From contig JAGNSU010000001.1 of assembly GCA_017987895.1 (NCBI GenBank), positions 48,606-112,605 of the forward strand: a stretch of DNA of 64,000 bases, in the 5' to 3' direction. This document shows, piece after piece, positions 44,731 to 55,468 of the stretch. Position 1 is the stretch's first letter, and each line of letters starts with the position of its first letter. The DNA comes from Flavobacteriales bacterium. GTDB lineage: Bacteria; Bacteroidota; Bacteroidia; Flavobacteriales_F; PHOS-HE28. The translations under genes and the position numbers were made by a program. The notes under the pieces are model-generated. The model saw only the letters and a list, made by a program, of their open reading frames with translations. It was not told the DNA's origin and ran no database searches.

Positions 44731-47363
44731 CGCGCCTGTTTGATCAGCTTGCACCTATGTGCTGCGCCATCCGCGCGCATCATCAACAAGTAATGCCCGT
44801 CGGCCAAGCGGGAGAGATCGAACGTCTGTCTGGTTGATAACACCCTCTCCTGGAATACGACGCGTCCGCTGGCATCGTGCATTTGGAGCAGGCCACCGAC
44901 CATGTCCTCTTCCACGGAAAGCTGAACAAGATCAGTTGCTGGATTGGGCACCAAGTGCATCTGCGCGCCTGCATCCGCCGTACTGATATCCGTGGTGGTG
45001 ATGATCGCCGTTCGCGCCGTATTCGTGATCACCGGGGCATTGAGGTCGAAGTGGATCGCCGCTGTATTCCGGATGGAATCGCCGACCACGAGATCGGTAC
45101 GCGGCCGCATGCGGTAGCGAACGAAGCCATGGCTCATCAATTCGTTCACGTTGCTATCCGGCAGCAGGATGTTGTCAAACTGGAAGCGCATCTTGTGATC
45201 GAAGTCGTAGTAGGTCAGTGTCAATGGGTGCGACGCGTCGATGAGTTCGAAGCTGGGTAGGGACGCGTTCGCTGGTAGGTGATTTTCCACCGCAACGGTG
45301 AATGCCGTATCGGTGCCCGTGTTCTGGAACCGGATCGTGTAGTCCAGAATGGCATCGGCCAATGCGCTCACGAGCACTTCGGTCGGCTCCACAAGAATGT
45401 CGTTGGGGTCGAAGGAGCCGGTGACCTGGTTGTTCGTGGTAACGGTGTTGTCCCCGGGAACGAGATCGCCTGCGATTGGCGTGATCTCGGCCGTTGTGGT
45501 CACCGGGCTACCCAGTGTGTCCGCAACGGATTGCGTGCAGTACACGGAGAGCTGGATGTTCTGCAGCGGAAGCATCGGTCCGAGTGCCCATGTGAGCATG
45601 TTGCCATTGATGCTTCCGGGTGCGATCGACGTGGAGTCAAAACCGAGGCCATCATCGAGCACAAGGCTGAGGTCTGCATCAACGCTCATCGTTCCCACGT
45701 TGCGGCACAGTACATCGTAGCGCACGGGGAAGCCTGGACGGAAGGGCGAGACAGGTGTGAGGAAGACCTGGAGGTCCTGCGCGGGCACCCCTGCCGTGTA
45801 CCGGAAGTCGAACCCGCTCACAGCTGGTTCATTGCCGGTGATGCTTGCGGTATGCGTGGCTGGGTCTTGCGCGAAGTGCGGGATCGTTGGGCCTGTGATG
45901 GTGTGCTGGGCCGGGCCGTTCACCGCGAACACATAACTGCCGTTGGGTTGTGAAAGCGCTAGTTCGCCATTGTTGCTCAGCCCCACCAACCGCCAACCGA
46001 TACGCGGGTCGTCAACGCTGATGCTGGTGTCGTTGTCCGCATCCATGTAGAGCGTGCCAGCGAGCAGGGTGCTCTTCCTGTTGAACCGCACGGTCCAGAT
46101 GTCCTGATAAGCCACGTTGCCGGGAACGAAGTGGTCCGCCGACAGGGATATTCCAGTAGCGATGAATCCATTGTCAGTAGGCGCAAGTGCATAGAAGATA
46201 TCCCCATCACTTCCTCCCACGGACTTCTCCCAGAGCAGGTCACCATTTGGGCTTACCAACAGGAGCCAGCCATCCCCGCCCCCATAGGGCACCGGATTCT
46301 CCAACACGTCGTAGCAAACACTAACATCTCCATCGGAGGAAGTGGTACTTCCCGCGATCAGATAGTTTCCTTGATATGGTATCATGTCCGACGGACTATC
46401 CGGAAGACTCCCGCCGTAGGATCGGTTCCAGATGATCGAACCAGAGGCGTCCACGCGCATGAGCCACACATCCCAGTTACCGTGGTTCTCTGTAAGATCT
46501 CCATCGGAAGAGATGGATGTGCCAAGGATGAGGTAGTCCCCGCCAGGCAAGCCACGGATGTCCTGGAATTGATCCACGTCCGTACCGCCATACGTGCGGT
46601 CCCACTCGATATCTCCGTTCGCATCGATCTTCACCAGCCAACCATCGTATTCGCCATGGAGCGGCGTGCTCACATCGCCATCACTGGATCCGGTCCACCC
46701 CGCGAGAAGGGCACCGCCATCCGCAGTAGCTATGATGGATTGGCCAATGTCGATGGTGCTGCCCCCATATGTGCGCTCCCATAGTTCATTGCCATCGCTG
46801 TCCAAGGCGATGACCCATGCTTCCCAGTCGTTTTGTCCACGGAATCCGGAAACGAAGCAACCTCCATCCGATCGCGCGGCTACATGGATCCCCAGATCGT
46901 TCTGGTCCACAAGACCAGCATAGAAGCGCTCCCAGATGACAGAGCCGGCGGGGGAGACCTTCACGATCCAGAGGTCTTCGTCGCCCCAGCTATCGATGAT
47001 CACCTGCCCCGCATCGTAGATGGCGCCAGTGACCACATAATTCCCATCGGCCATCACCTCGCCATGAAGGATCCGCACACTACCGAGGTCGCCGATGCGG
47101 TTTCCCCATTGCATCTGCCCCAAGCTGTCGAGACCGATGAACACCACCTCCCCGTTGGCCGGCCCCGTGGTGTTGCCAAGTTGACCATCTGCGGAATTGC
47201 TTGTTGCTGCGAGAAAGAAGCTCTTGTCGGGCAACTGATGGATGAAGTGCCCGGCGTCCGAAGAGCCGCTTCCAAGCGAGCGTGTCCAGGCCACGGTGGG
47301 GATCTGCGCATGGACCGACGCGGCCGAGGCCAGCAATAGCAGTAAAGCGAGCATCGGTTTCAT
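44727..47363 (-). CDS. secreted beta-propeller-repeat (SBBP-like) protein with DUF11/DUF7619-like domains and T9SS C-terminal sorting domain
   Basis: Signal peptide. Repeated YGGS..D.G..I..T.DGG..L.G.T.SSDGDV units. The block YTIRFQNTGTDTAF...SHGFVRYRMRP. T9SS tail (LVPNPATDLVQL...GHYLLMM). Confidence 0.75.
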   Translation of the reverse strand: MKPMLALLLLLASAASVHAQIPTVAWTRSLGSGSSDAGHFIHQLPDKSFFLAATSNSADGQLGNTTGPANGEVVFIGLDSLGQMQWGNRIGDLGSVRILHGEVMADGNYVVTGAIYDAGQVIIDSWGDEDLWIVKVSPAGSVIWERFYAGLVDQNDLGIHVAARSDGGCFVSGFRGQNDWEAWVIALDSDGNELWERTYGGSTIDIGQSIIATADGGALLAGWTGSSDGDVSTPLHGEYDGWLVKIDANGDIEWDRTYGGTDVDQFQDIRGLPGGDYLILGTSISSDGDLTENHGNWDVWLMRVDASGSIIWNRSYGGSLPDSPSDMIPYQGNYLIAGSTTSSDGDVSVCYDVLENPVPYGGGDGWLLLVSPNGDLLWEKSVGGSDGDIFYALAPTDNGFIATGISLSADHFVPGNVAYQDIWTVRFNRKSTLLAGTLYMDADNDTSISVDDPRIGWRLVGLSNNGELALSQPNGSYVFAVNGPAQHTITGPTIPHFAQDPATHTASITGNEPAVSGFDFRYTAGVPAQDLQVFLTPVSPFRPGFPVRYDVLCRNVGTMSVDADLSLVLDDGLGFDSTSIAPGSINGNMLTWALGPMLPLQNIQLSVYCTQSVADTLGSPVTTTAEITPIAGDLVPGDNTVTTNNQVTGSFDPNDILVEPTEVLVSALADAILDYTIRFQNTGTDTAFTVAVENHLPANASLPSFELIDASHPLTLTYYDFDHKMRFQFDNILLPDSNVNELMSHGFVRYRMRPRTDLVVGDSIRNTAAIHFDLNAPVITNTARTAIITTTDISTADAGAQMHLVPNPATDLVQLSVEEDMVGGLLQMHDASGRVVFQERVLSTRQTFDLSRLADGHYLLMMRADGAAHRCKLIKQAR

Positions 47364-47511
47364 GGCAGGTGGTATTCTACGACGAAGCTAGACGCAGGAC
47401 CGTGTGCCGCCAAACAGCGCGGGCCTGGGGCGATCCTCTAGCACACATGGCCCTATAGTCCATCGCGGAACAAGGCATGGTGAACATGCTCCGGCCGCGT
47501 CCGGTACAGAA

Positions 47512-48774
47512 TTACTTCACCACCACCTTCTGGTAGCGCATCCCTTCGTTCGTTTTCAGCACAACGACGAAGGTGCTACCCGTGTGACGCGATAGATCGG
47601 TCGTGAAGCGATGTTCACCCTGCACCGCATGGCGATGCAGCAGTTGTTCGACCAATGCACCGTCGCTTCCGAAGAGAGAAAGGTCCGCGATGGTGGACCG
47701 ATCCAAACGGATGGAGATGGTGATCCGCCCATCGGTGATCGTGGGCTCCACCACCAATGCGTGGTAGTGCGGCACGGGCTCGCTCGATATGATCGCCGTG
47801 GGAGCATCCACGGTGTACTTGTAGATCCGCGCGCCGGACATGTAGGCGAGCGAATCGTTCAAGCGGAAGAAACGGTTGTAGTTGCTGCCCACCGGTTCCT
47901 GGCTCCAGCTAGCGCCGCCATCGGTGGTGCCCCACAGCGAGTTGTCGCCGCCGATCCAGCCTCGGAGACTGTCCAGGAACCCGACGACTTCTACGTACGT
48001 GTATGAGTTCGATACGACCGTGGTGCTCCACGTCTGGCCTCCATCGGTGCTGCTGAGCAGCCGCGTATCATCGTTCACCGGCTCGCTGTACACTGATGCG
48101 TACCAGCGATCGGCATCCAGCCGCTGGATCTTCCAGACGATGTCCGATGCCAAGCCGGTGAGGTGCTTGGGCTGCCAGGTGGTACCGCCGTCGGTGGTAT
48201 GCAGAATGATGCCTCCGTCGCTCGCAGGACTTGCCGTGCCGGTGACGAAGCCCGTGTCGGCGCTGAGGAAGTGGATGTCCACCAGGGCAGTGGCATGTGC
48301 GCTCATATCGATGTAGCTCCAACTATCACCGCCATCCGTGCTCTTCACCACGTAGGCAGGAGAAGCCCACAGGCCGGTGCCGTAGATCGTGTTCGGCGAG
48401 GGTGCGGATAATCCGCAGATACCCGGTGGGGAAGGGGTGATCGACCCGCTTACGTCGATCCATGTGGTGCCGCCATTGTGCGTGCGGTAGAGCTCGCCGT
48501 TCAGCGATCCGCAGAAGCCGGTGTCGGCATTGATGAACTCGATGCTACGCAGATAACTAGGCGAGGTGAACTGCAAATTCCAGGTGGCACCCCCGTTCAC
48601 GGTCTTGCGGATCCAGCCCGTGGGTCCGCCCGCGGCCCAGCCGACGCTATCGTTGACGAAGTAGATGTCGTCGTAGCGCGCGGAGGAAGGAATATTAAGC
48701 GTGGACCACGTGCCTTGCCCGTGGGCGATCGTCGCAAGAAGAACAACGAACGGGATCGCGATGACCTTTCTCAT
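47512..48774 (-). CDS. BNR/Asp-box repeat (Ycf48-like beta-propeller) protein with T9SS C-terminal sorting domain
   Basis: The ATG at 48774 gives a signal peptide. Six S/T-x-D-G-G-x-(T/S)-W Asp-boxes. T9SS-like tail. Confidence 0.75.
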   Translation of the reverse strand: MRKVIAIPFVVLLATIAHGQGTWSTLNIPSSARYDDIYFVNDSVGWAAGGPTGWIRKTVNGGATWNLQFTSPSYLRSIEFINADTGFCGSLNGELYRTHNGGTTWIDVSGSITPSPPGICGLSAPSPNTIYGTGLWASPAYVVKSTDGGDSWSYIDMSAHATALVDIHFLSADTGFVTGTASPASDGGIILHTTDGGTTWQPKHLTGLASDIVWKIQRLDADRWYASVYSEPVNDDTRLLSSTDGGQTWSTTVVSNSYTYVEVVGFLDSLRGWIGGDNSLWGTTDGGASWSQEPVGSNYNRFFRLNDSLAYMSGARIYKYTVDAPTAIISSEPVPHYHALVVEPTITDGRITISIRLDRSTIADLSLFGSDGALVEQLLHRHAVQGEHRFTTDLSRHTGSTFVVVLKTNEGMRYQKVVVK

Positions 48775-48937
48775 ATGCTCAACGTGTCCGACAAAGGTGA
48801 TGTGATAATGTGGTTGCTCACTTGGGATCGTGGAAACATGCTTGTGCACACCCCGCAGCACCGTGAGGAGCCCGGATACCTTGCCTTGCACAACCGCCCG
48901 TCATTGCGAGCAATGGTGACGGCTTAACCCTGGACCG

Positions 48938-49684
48938 ATGCTGGAACGCGACTGGGACCGAGTGGCAGTAACTTTCGAAGAGGAGATATTCAATGTTCCG
49001 GCGAACGATCGGAGAGGCCTGATACCGCAGGCGGTACAACGGTATGCATCAAAGGAAGCCGTGGCCACCGATCTTGGTTGTGGTGTGGGCCGTACACTGC
49101 CCTTATTGGCCGATCGCTTCGGCAAGGTGTACGCGGTGGACGTGAGCAGTCAATGTTTGACAGTCGCCGCGGAAGCTTGTGCCGACCACCCGAACATCAG
49201 TTATGTGCATGCCGATCTTTCCAAGGACCGCAACAGCTATCCCGCAGCGGATCTTGTGCTGTGCATCAACACATTGTTGAACGCATCGATCGAAGTGCGT
49301 GAACCCTTGATCGACCGCACCTGTCGCAGCGTGAAGCGCGGTGGTCATTTGTTGCTCGTCGTACCCTCGTTGAACTCCGCATTGCTCACCGCGTTCCGGC
49401 ATTTGCAATGGAACCTACGGGATGGCATGGATCCGAAGGAGGCGCAAAAAGCGGCCGCGCTCAATAGCAAGGGCCTTGACCACGGCACCGTGTACATAGA
49501 TGGGGTGCCCACCAAGCATTACCTACGCGAGGAGCTCGAAGCGATGCTCGACGATCACGGCTTCGCGGTGGAATCGATCGAGAAATTGGAGTACCCGTGG
49601 AACACCGAGTTCGATGCGCCACCCAAATGGATGAAGGCGCCCTATCCCTGGGATTGGTTCGTGGCCGCGCGACGCGTGCGGTAG
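48938..49684 (+). CDS. class I SAM-dependent methyltransferase
   Basis: Motif I DLGCGVGRT. 248 aa. Confidence 0.8.
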   Translation: MLERDWDRVAVTFEEEIFNVPANDRRGLIPQAVQRYASKEAVATDLGCGVGRTLPLLADRFGKVYAVDVSSQCLTVAAEACADHPNISYVHADLSKDRNSYPAADLVLCINTLLNASIEVREPLIDRTCRSVKRGGHLLLVVPSLNSALLTAFRHLQWNLRDGMDPKEAQKAAALNSKGLDHGTVYIDGVPTKHYLREELEAMLDDHGFAVESIEKLEYPWNTEFDAPPKWMKAPYPWDWFVAARRVR

Positions 49685-49688
49685 GCCA

Positions 49689-50954
49689 TCACCGCGCCGC
49701 ACGTCCTAGGGCGAGGTCGAGATAGAACCCCGGCTCTCTCAGCCGCGCACGCAGATCCATGTCCGTGAACATGCTGCTGATGGTATCGGCCAGCGCGGGG
49801 TTCTTGTTCGCGCGGTCCACCACGAAGTCGAAGAGCCAGGCCTTGTGCGCAAGACGCTGCAGCCGCGTGCTGATCGCAAGCTCCTGCCCCAAGCGCTTCC
49901 AGACCCGTTGGTCGTAGGCTTTCAGGAACTCAGCATCCGTGCGTTGCGCGCGCAGAGCTTCGGTGGCCACATCCGCTGCATGCACCCCGCTGATCATGGC
50001 GTGGCTGATGCCTTCGCCGGTGAACGGATCGATCAAGTGGCCCGCGTCGCCGATCAGCAGAAACCCAGCGCCGCTCAATGGATGTCGCTTGCTGGCGAGT
50101 GGAAGACCCATGCCTTGAACGGGACCTTCCAGCGTAGCTGTGGCGAAACGATCCTTCAGTGTCGGATGCGTGGTGACGAGCCGCGGAAGCTCGGCTTTCA
50201 GATCGACCTTCCGGTCGCGCACCACATCGCTGCGCAGACCCAGGCCCACATTGGCCCTTCCGCTGGGGAGCGGAAAGATCCAGAGGTAACCGGGCAGCAA
50301 CTGTTTTAGGAAGTGGAGTTCGATGAAGCCTTCTGGATCGAGGCCTTGTATGCCCCGATAGTAGGCGCGCACGCCGGCCGCATGATGATGCGGGTCCATG
50401 GGCAGACCCGCCACATGCCGCGCGAAGTGCGAGTTGGCACCATCGGCCGCCAGGATCAGCTTGCAGTTCGCGGTTGTCGGTTGATGGTTGTCCGTCGTCT
50501 TGGACAGTGCAATGGACCATCCCGAAGAGGAACGCTCATAGCTCTTGGCTTGCGTCCCCTCGAGCACGTCAACATGCGGGTTCCGCTTCACGGCATCAAA
50601 AAGGAGCGCATCGAACGCAAGCCTTGGTAGAATGGCTCCGGGCGCCTCTCCAAGTCCGATCTCGCGGCTGAACGGAACGCGCAATGCCCGTCCGCTCGGT
50701 GCGACGAAGGTCACCCCCCAACTGGGCAGCCGACCGGCGTTCCGGTTCACGGCGTCGGTCAGGGCGGGGTCCAAACGACCCAGCGAACGCATCACCTTAC
50801 CGCTGAGCGCATCCCCACACACCTTGTCGCGTGGGAAGACCGCCTTCTCCACCAGTACGCACCGCATCCCGTGCTTCGCGAGCTGTAGGGCGGCCGCACA
50901 GCCACCAGGGCCACCGCCGACTATGCAAACATCCGTGTCGATCGCCGCGCTCAT
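49689..50954 (-). CDS. geranylgeranyl reductase-family FAD-dependent oxidoreductase
   Basis: DVCIVGGGPGGCAAA dinucleotide fold, RDKVCGDALSG, and GDAGHLIDPFTGEGI. Confidence 0.85.
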   Translation of the reverse strand: MSAAIDTDVCIVGGGPGGCAAALQLAKHGMRCVLVEKAVFPRDKVCGDALSGKVMRSLGRLDPALTDAVNRNAGRLPSWGVTFVAPSGRALRVPFSREIGLGEAPGAILPRLAFDALLFDAVKRNPHVDVLEGTQAKSYERSSSGWSIALSKTTDNHQPTTANCKLILAADGANSHFARHVAGLPMDPHHHAAGVRAYYRGIQGLDPEGFIELHFLKQLLPGYLWIFPLPSGRANVGLGLRSDVVRDRKVDLKAELPRLVTTHPTLKDRFATATLEGPVQGMGLPLASKRHPLSGAGFLLIGDAGHLIDPFTGEGISHAMISGVHAADVATEALRAQRTDAEFLKAYDQRVWKRLGQELAISTRLQRLAHKAWLFDFVVDRANKNPALADTISSMFTDMDLRARLREPGFYLDLALGRAAR

Positions 50955-51034
50955 GAGATGGTCACTTCGTGCTGGACCGACATTCGTTCCGGTCGGCCGA
51001 CGTCACGGTGTTACTCCGGTCCATCCCGGCAAGT

Positions 51035-52072
51035 TCAGGACCGGAAGGCTTCCCCACCGAACTGCTCCAGGAAGCGCACATCGTTCTCCCAATAGAGGCG
51101 GAGATCGGGGATGCGGTACAACAACTGGGCGATCCGCTCCACACCCATGCCGAAGGCGAAGCCGGAGTATTCCGTGGGGTCGATACCGCAATTGCTCAAC
51201 ACGGCAGGGTCCACCATGCCGCAACCCATGATCTCCACCCAGCCGCTGTGCTTGCACACGGCGCAACCCGTACCGTCGCAGATGCTGCAGCTCATATCCA
51301 CCTCCGCGCTCGGCTCGGTGAAGGGGAAGTAGCTGGGCCGCATGCGGATCCGCACCTCCGGCCCGAAGAGGCTCTTGGCGAAGTGGTCCAAGGTGCCCTT
51401 CAGTTCAGCGAAGTTCACGTCCTTGTCCACATAAAGCCCTTCCACTTGGTGGAACATGCAATGCGCACGTGCGCTTATCGCTTCGTTGCGGTACACGCGA
51501 CCGGGGCTCACCGTGCGGATCGGTGGTTTCTGGCCTTCCATCACGCGCACTTGCACACTGCTGGTGTGGGTGCGAAGAGCCAAGCCCCCCGGACCTTCCA
51601 CGAAGAACGTGTCCTGCATATCCCGTGCGGGATGTTCGGGAGGGAAGTTGAGCGCACCGAAGTTGTGGTGGTCGTCCTCCACTTCCGGGCCCTCGCTCAC
51701 CGTGAAGCCGATGCGGGCGAAGATGTCGACGATGCGTCGGCGGACCAGGGTAATGGGATGCAAGCTGCCCGGGAGGTCCAGCGCGGCGGGACGCGTGCCG
51801 TCCGAAGAAGCGATGGTTCTGGCCTCTTGCCCGGCCGTGGCGGTCTGTAGTTCCTCCAAGCGGGCCTGTGCGGCTTGCTTCAACTGGTTGATGCGCTGGC
51901 CCAGTGCCTTCTTTTCCTCCGAGGAAACCTGTTTGAAAGCGTCGAAGAGCGCGGTTAGTGAGCCGTTCCGCCCCAAGTAGGCCACCCGGAAGCGCTCGAC
52001 CTCATCAGCGTTCGTCGCGGCCGCAGCGGCCACTTCGGCCTCCAGCGAATTGATGCGTTCCAGGAGGCTCAT
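51035..52072 (-). CDS. pheS: phenylalanine--tRNA ligase alpha subunit
   Basis: Class II motifs (FPPEHPARDMQDTF, GRVYRNE, GMGVERI). The ATG at 52072 forms an ATGA overlap with the upstream PPIase stop. Confidence 0.93.
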   Translation of the reverse strand: MSLLERINSLEAEVAAAAATNADEVERFRVAYLGRNGSLTALFDAFKQVSSEEKKALGQRINQLKQAAQARLEELQTATAGQEARTIASSDGTRPAALDLPGSLHPITLVRRRIVDIFARIGFTVSEGPEVEDDHHNFGALNFPPEHPARDMQDTFFVEGPGGLALRTHTSSVQVRVMEGQKPPIRTVSPGRVYRNEAISARAHCMFHQVEGLYVDKDVNFAELKGTLDHFAKSLFGPEVRIRMRPSYFPFTEPSAEVDMSCSICDGTGCAVCKHSGWVEIMGCGMVDPAVLSNCGIDPTEYSGFAFGMGVERIAQLLYRIPDLRLYWENDVRFLEQFGGEAFRS

Positions 52073-52767
52073 TCCAGCACTTTCATCCACATGCGTACAT
52101 CCACCAAGGGTCGGTCGTGTTGATCGCGCTCGACCGCGGCGATCCTGTCCAGCACATCGAGGCCTTCGATCACCTCCCCGAAGACAGTATAGGCACCGTC
52201 GAGATGAGGAGCCCCGCCCTGCGTGGCATACGTGCGCTTGGCCTCGTCGTCGTAGCTCACCGGAGTGCCCATGCTCGCATTGCGCTTGCTCATCATGTCC
52301 ATTTCCGCGGCCTGGTAGGTACGGCCGTGCACGATATAGAACTGGCTGCCGCTGCTTTCCTTCGCGGGGTTCACTTGGTCGCCTTGCCGCGCGGCGGCCA
52401 GCGCACCTTTTTTGTGGAACATGCCCGGGAGGATCTCAGCCGGTATTTTATAGTCCGGTCCGCCCGTACCCAAGGGCATTCCCGCAGCAGCATGTTTACT
52501 GCCCGGGTCGCCGCCCTGTACCATGAAGCCCGGAATGATCCGATGGAAGCACAGGCTGTCGTAGTACTGATCTCTGACCAACTTCAGGAAGTTGTCCCGG
52601 TGCAGCGGGGTCTCATTGTACAGGGCTACGATCAGGACCCCGAGGCTGGTGCGGATCTCCACCAAGTGTTGGGGGCCATCGTCCTTCGGCTGGGCCGGGA
52701 GAGCCGGAATACCCGCCAGGATCATTAGCACAGAGAGGACTTTGGCCCGGAGGCATTGCAGGGACAT
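52069..52767 (-). CDS. cyclophilin-type peptidyl-prolyl cis-trans isomerase (exported)
   Basis: FHRIIPGFMVQGGDP and SQFYIV motifs. Signal-like N-terminus from the ATG at 52767. Confidence 0.88.
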   Translation of the reverse strand: MSLQCLRAKVLSVLMILAGIPALPAQPKDDGPQHLVEIRTSLGVLIVALYNETPLHRDNFLKLVRDQYYDSLCFHRIIPGFMVQGGDPGSKHAAAGMPLGTGGPDYKIPAEILPGMFHKKGALAAARQGDQVNPAKESSGSQFYIVHGRTYQAAEMDMMSKRNASMGTPVSYDDEAKRTYATQGGAPHLDGAYTVFGEVIEGLDVLDRIAAVERDQHDRPLVDVRMWMKVLE

Positions 52768-52831
52768 CGCGCGCAGCGTTACTTTTGAGGATCGCCGAAC
52801 CTTGGCTGGCAAGGCGCCCAAAAGTAAACCG

Positions 52832-53224
52832 ATGAGGCGATCGACCTTCCGTGCCCTGGTCCCCGTGGCCGCATTGCTCCTGCTTTGGCTGGTACTACCG
52901 GCTTGCAATAAGGAGAAGCCCACGACGGCCATCGTCACCATTACCGATGAGGATGGGTACCCCCAAGCCGAGGCTTATGTGAAGCTCTATGCCAACCCGG
53001 TCTATCCCTTGGGCGACCCCTCCCGTCTGATGCAGGAGAAGTTGACCGGCAGCGATGGACGCGCGGAGTTCGACTATTCCAGCTTTTATGAGCAGGGACA
53101 GTCCGGGTTCGCGGTGCTGGATATCGTGAGCTTCAAGGATAGCGCGGTGGGCGAGGGCATCATCAAGATCGTGGAGGAGGAGACCTCGGAGGAGACCGTG
53201 GTTCTCGTGCCGATCGCACCCTAG
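52832..53224 (+). CDS. small lipoprotein, unknown function
   Basis: The ATG at 52832 gives MRRSTFRALVPVAALLLLWLVLPAC with a lipobox. 130 aa. High-GC3 coding frame. Confidence 0.6.
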   Translation: MRRSTFRALVPVAALLLLWLVLPACNKEKPTTAIVTITDEDGYPQAEAYVKLYANPVYPLGDPSRLMQEKLTGSDGRAEFDYSSFYEQGQSGFAVLDIVSFKDSAVGEGIIKIVEEETSEETVVLVPIAP

Positions 53225-53252
53225 GCCGTAGCGCCGAGCCACCGGGTCAACC

Positions 53253-53588
53253 TCAGGCGGGTCGATCGAAGTAGTCCAACACCGCCTCCTTCATCAGGCG
53301 CTCCTGTTCCTTGTCGTTGAGCGGTGGCAGTTCCTTCACTCGTTCGAAATGCGGCCATCCGTCCGCATCGCGGCCTAGCTCCTTATAGTAGCCGTAGGGC
53401 ATCAGCAGCACGCAAATGCCGATGTGCATCAGGTTCAACTTCTCGTCCTTTTTGAACTCGCGCGCGTGCTGCCCCAGCTCTTGCACGCCGATCAGGAAGA
53501 TCAGCCCGTTGAGGTCCACGGGGGCGCCAAACCGAACCTCCATGGCCTTGAGCAGGTCGCGCCAGCGTTTTTCGAACTGTAGGTCCAC
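53253..53588 (-). CDS. hypothetical small cytoplasmic protein
   Basis: 111-aa ORF with host-like codon bias. GTG start. I recognise no motif. Confidence 0.5.
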   Translation of the reverse strand: MDLQFEKRWRDLLKAMEVRFGAPVDLNGLIFLIGVQELGQHAREFKKDEKLNLMHIGICVLLMPYGYYKELGRDADGWPHFERVKELPPLNDKEQERLMKEAVLDYFDRPA

Positions 53589-53654
53589 GTGGGGTCGGAA
53601 TTCCGGGTGCGAAGATCTTCACATCTTCACCGCCACGCGAACGGATCTTCTGCT

Positions 53655-54176
53655 ATGAACTGGCTTGACTGGGCGATCATCATCGTGCTGGGCATCGCGG
53701 CCTTCCAAGGCTTCGCGCGGGGCTTTATCGTGGAACTCGCGTCGCTGGTGGCGCTGGTCGCCGGCATTTGGGCGGCCACACACATCAGCAGCAGTGTTGC
53801 AACGGCCATCGGTCTCGACCCGACGAAGGAGATCTTGGCCTTCGTGGTGACCTTCCTGTTGGTGCTGATCGGGGTGCATTTGCTCGCGCGCTTCCTAACC
53901 ACCCTCCTAGACGCGGCCGAGCTGGGCCTGCCGAACAAGTTGGCGGGCATCGTCTTCGGCGTCCTGCGGTCGGCGTTCACCCTCAGCATCGCCCTGAACC
54001 TGCTGCTCGGTTATTCCAAGGGGGATATGCCGCCCAAGCATGTCCAGGAAGGCTCTCAGTTCTTTGAACCGCTGCGGGCCTTCGCGCCATTGATCATGCC
54101 CGCACTCGGTGAGACCAAGTGGGTGCATCAAGTGATGGAGGATGTGAAGGAGGAGGCGAGCGAGTTGACCGATTGA
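53655..54176 (+). CDS. cvpA: CvpA-family membrane protein
   Basis: MNWLDWAIIIVLGIAAFQGFARGFI is the typical CvpA N-terminus. Four TM helices. Confidence 0.8.
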   Translation: MNWLDWAIIIVLGIAAFQGFARGFIVELASLVALVAGIWAATHISSSVATAIGLDPTKEILAFVVTFLLVLIGVHLLARFLTTLLDAAELGLPNKLAGIVFGVLRSAFTLSIALNLLLGYSKGDMPPKHVQEGSQFFEPLRAFAPLIMPALGETKWVHQVMEDVKEEASELTD

Positions 54177-54210
54177 TACGGACGATAAAGGCTGCGGGTC
54201 GAACGGCCCC

Positions 54211-55401
54211 TTATTCCCATACCGCCGCGATCCCCGGCAGCACCTTGCCTTCCAGGAACTCAAGCATCGCGCCGCCGCCGGTGCTCACATAGCTCACCTG
54301 GTCCGCCAGACCGAACTGGTTCACTGCGGCTACGCTATCACCGCCGCCCACCAGGGAGAAGGCACCGTATTTGGTCGCATCGGCTAGAGCGGTGGCGATG
54401 GCGAGCGTGCCACGCTGGAAATTCTTCATCTCGAACACGCCCATGGGACCGTTCCAGAGGAGGGTCTTGTTGCGGTTCACCACCGTGCTGAACGCTTCTA
54501 TCGTCAATGGTCCGATGTCCAGGCCCATCCATCCGTCGGGAATGCTCGTGGCCGGGCAGATGTCCGTGTTGGCGGTGTCCGAGAAGGCATCGGCCACCAC
54601 CGCATCGGTGGGCAAATGGATATGGACACCCAGGTCCTGCGCTTGTTGCATGATGGCCCGAGCGGTGTCCAGCTGGTCTTCTTCCACCAACGACGACCCC
54701 ACCTGGCCGCCGTGCGCCTTAATGAAGGTGAAAGCCATGCCCCCACCGATGATAACCTCATCACACTTCGCCAACAGGTTCTCCAGGACGGCGATCTTGC
54801 TGCTCACCTTGGCCCCACCAATGATGGCGCATACGGGCCGCTGCGGGTTGTCCAACACCTTGCCTACATTGGCCAGTTCGCTCTCCACCAAATAGCCGAA
54901 GAGTTTGGCGGAGGGAAAGAAGCGGGCGACGATGGTGGTGCTGGCGTGCGCACGATGAGCGGTGCCGAACGCATCGTTCACATAAACGTCGCCGAGTTCG
55001 CTCAGTAGTTTGCTGAAGGCTTCATCGCCGATCTCTTCTTCCGGGTGGAACCGCAGGTTCTCCAATACCAGCACTTCGCCCGGCCTCAATGCGGTGGCTT
55101 TGGCCTTCGCATCCGGACCTATGCAATCAGTGGCGAACTGTACGGGTTTGCCGAGCAGCGTGCCAAGGTGTTCCGCCACGGGTTTCAGGCTCATGGCGGG
55201 GTCCACTTTCCCCTTCGGGCGGCCGAGATGGCTCATGAGGATCGCGCTACCGCCATCCTTGAGGATCTTGTTCACCGTGCGCACGATGGCCCGCGCTCTG
55301 GAATCGTCCGTCACCCTGCCATTGGCATCCTGTGGCACATTGAGGTCCACACGGACCAGTGCTTTCTTACCCGCGAAGTCGAACGTGTCCATTGTCAACA
55401 T
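54211..55401 (-). CDS. pgk: phosphoglycerate kinase
   Basis: [15 protein letters not shown] and STGGGA motifs. 396 aa. Confidence 0.95.
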   Translation of the reverse strand: MLTMDTFDFAGKKALVRVDLNVPQDANGRVTDDSRARAIVRTVNKILKDGGSAILMSHLGRPKGKVDPAMSLKPVAEHLGTLLGKPVQFATDCIGPDAKAKATALRPGEVLVLENLRFHPEEEIGDEAFSKLLSELGDVYVNDAFGTAHRAHASTTIVARFFPSAKLFGYLVESELANVGKVLDNPQRPVCAIIGGAKVSSKIAVLENLLAKCDEVIIGGGMAFTFIKAHGGQVGSSLVEEDQLDTARAIMQQAQDLGVHIHLPTDAVVADAFSDTANTDICPATSIPDGWMGLDIGPLTIEAFSTVVNRNKTLLWNGPMGVFEMKNFQRGTLAIATALADATKYGAFSLVGGGDSVAAVNQFGLADQVSYVSTGGGAMLEFLEGKVLPGIAAVWE

Positions 55402-55468
55402 GGGGCAAAAATACCATGCCTATAGCGAGCATTGGCCGGAAGTGGACCAGACAGGGTCACATGAGCGC

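Noticed and set aside
48880-48915. Short palindrome CATTGC-GA-GCAATG upstream of the methyltransferase gene
   Set aside because: It is only a single 6-bp half-site pair with no second copy seen, which is too weak to call a regulatory site.
55010-55468. Upstream 150 codons of the 531-aa holB ORF
   Set aside because: This part is antisense to pgk, and the holB-like sequence only begins around 55469.
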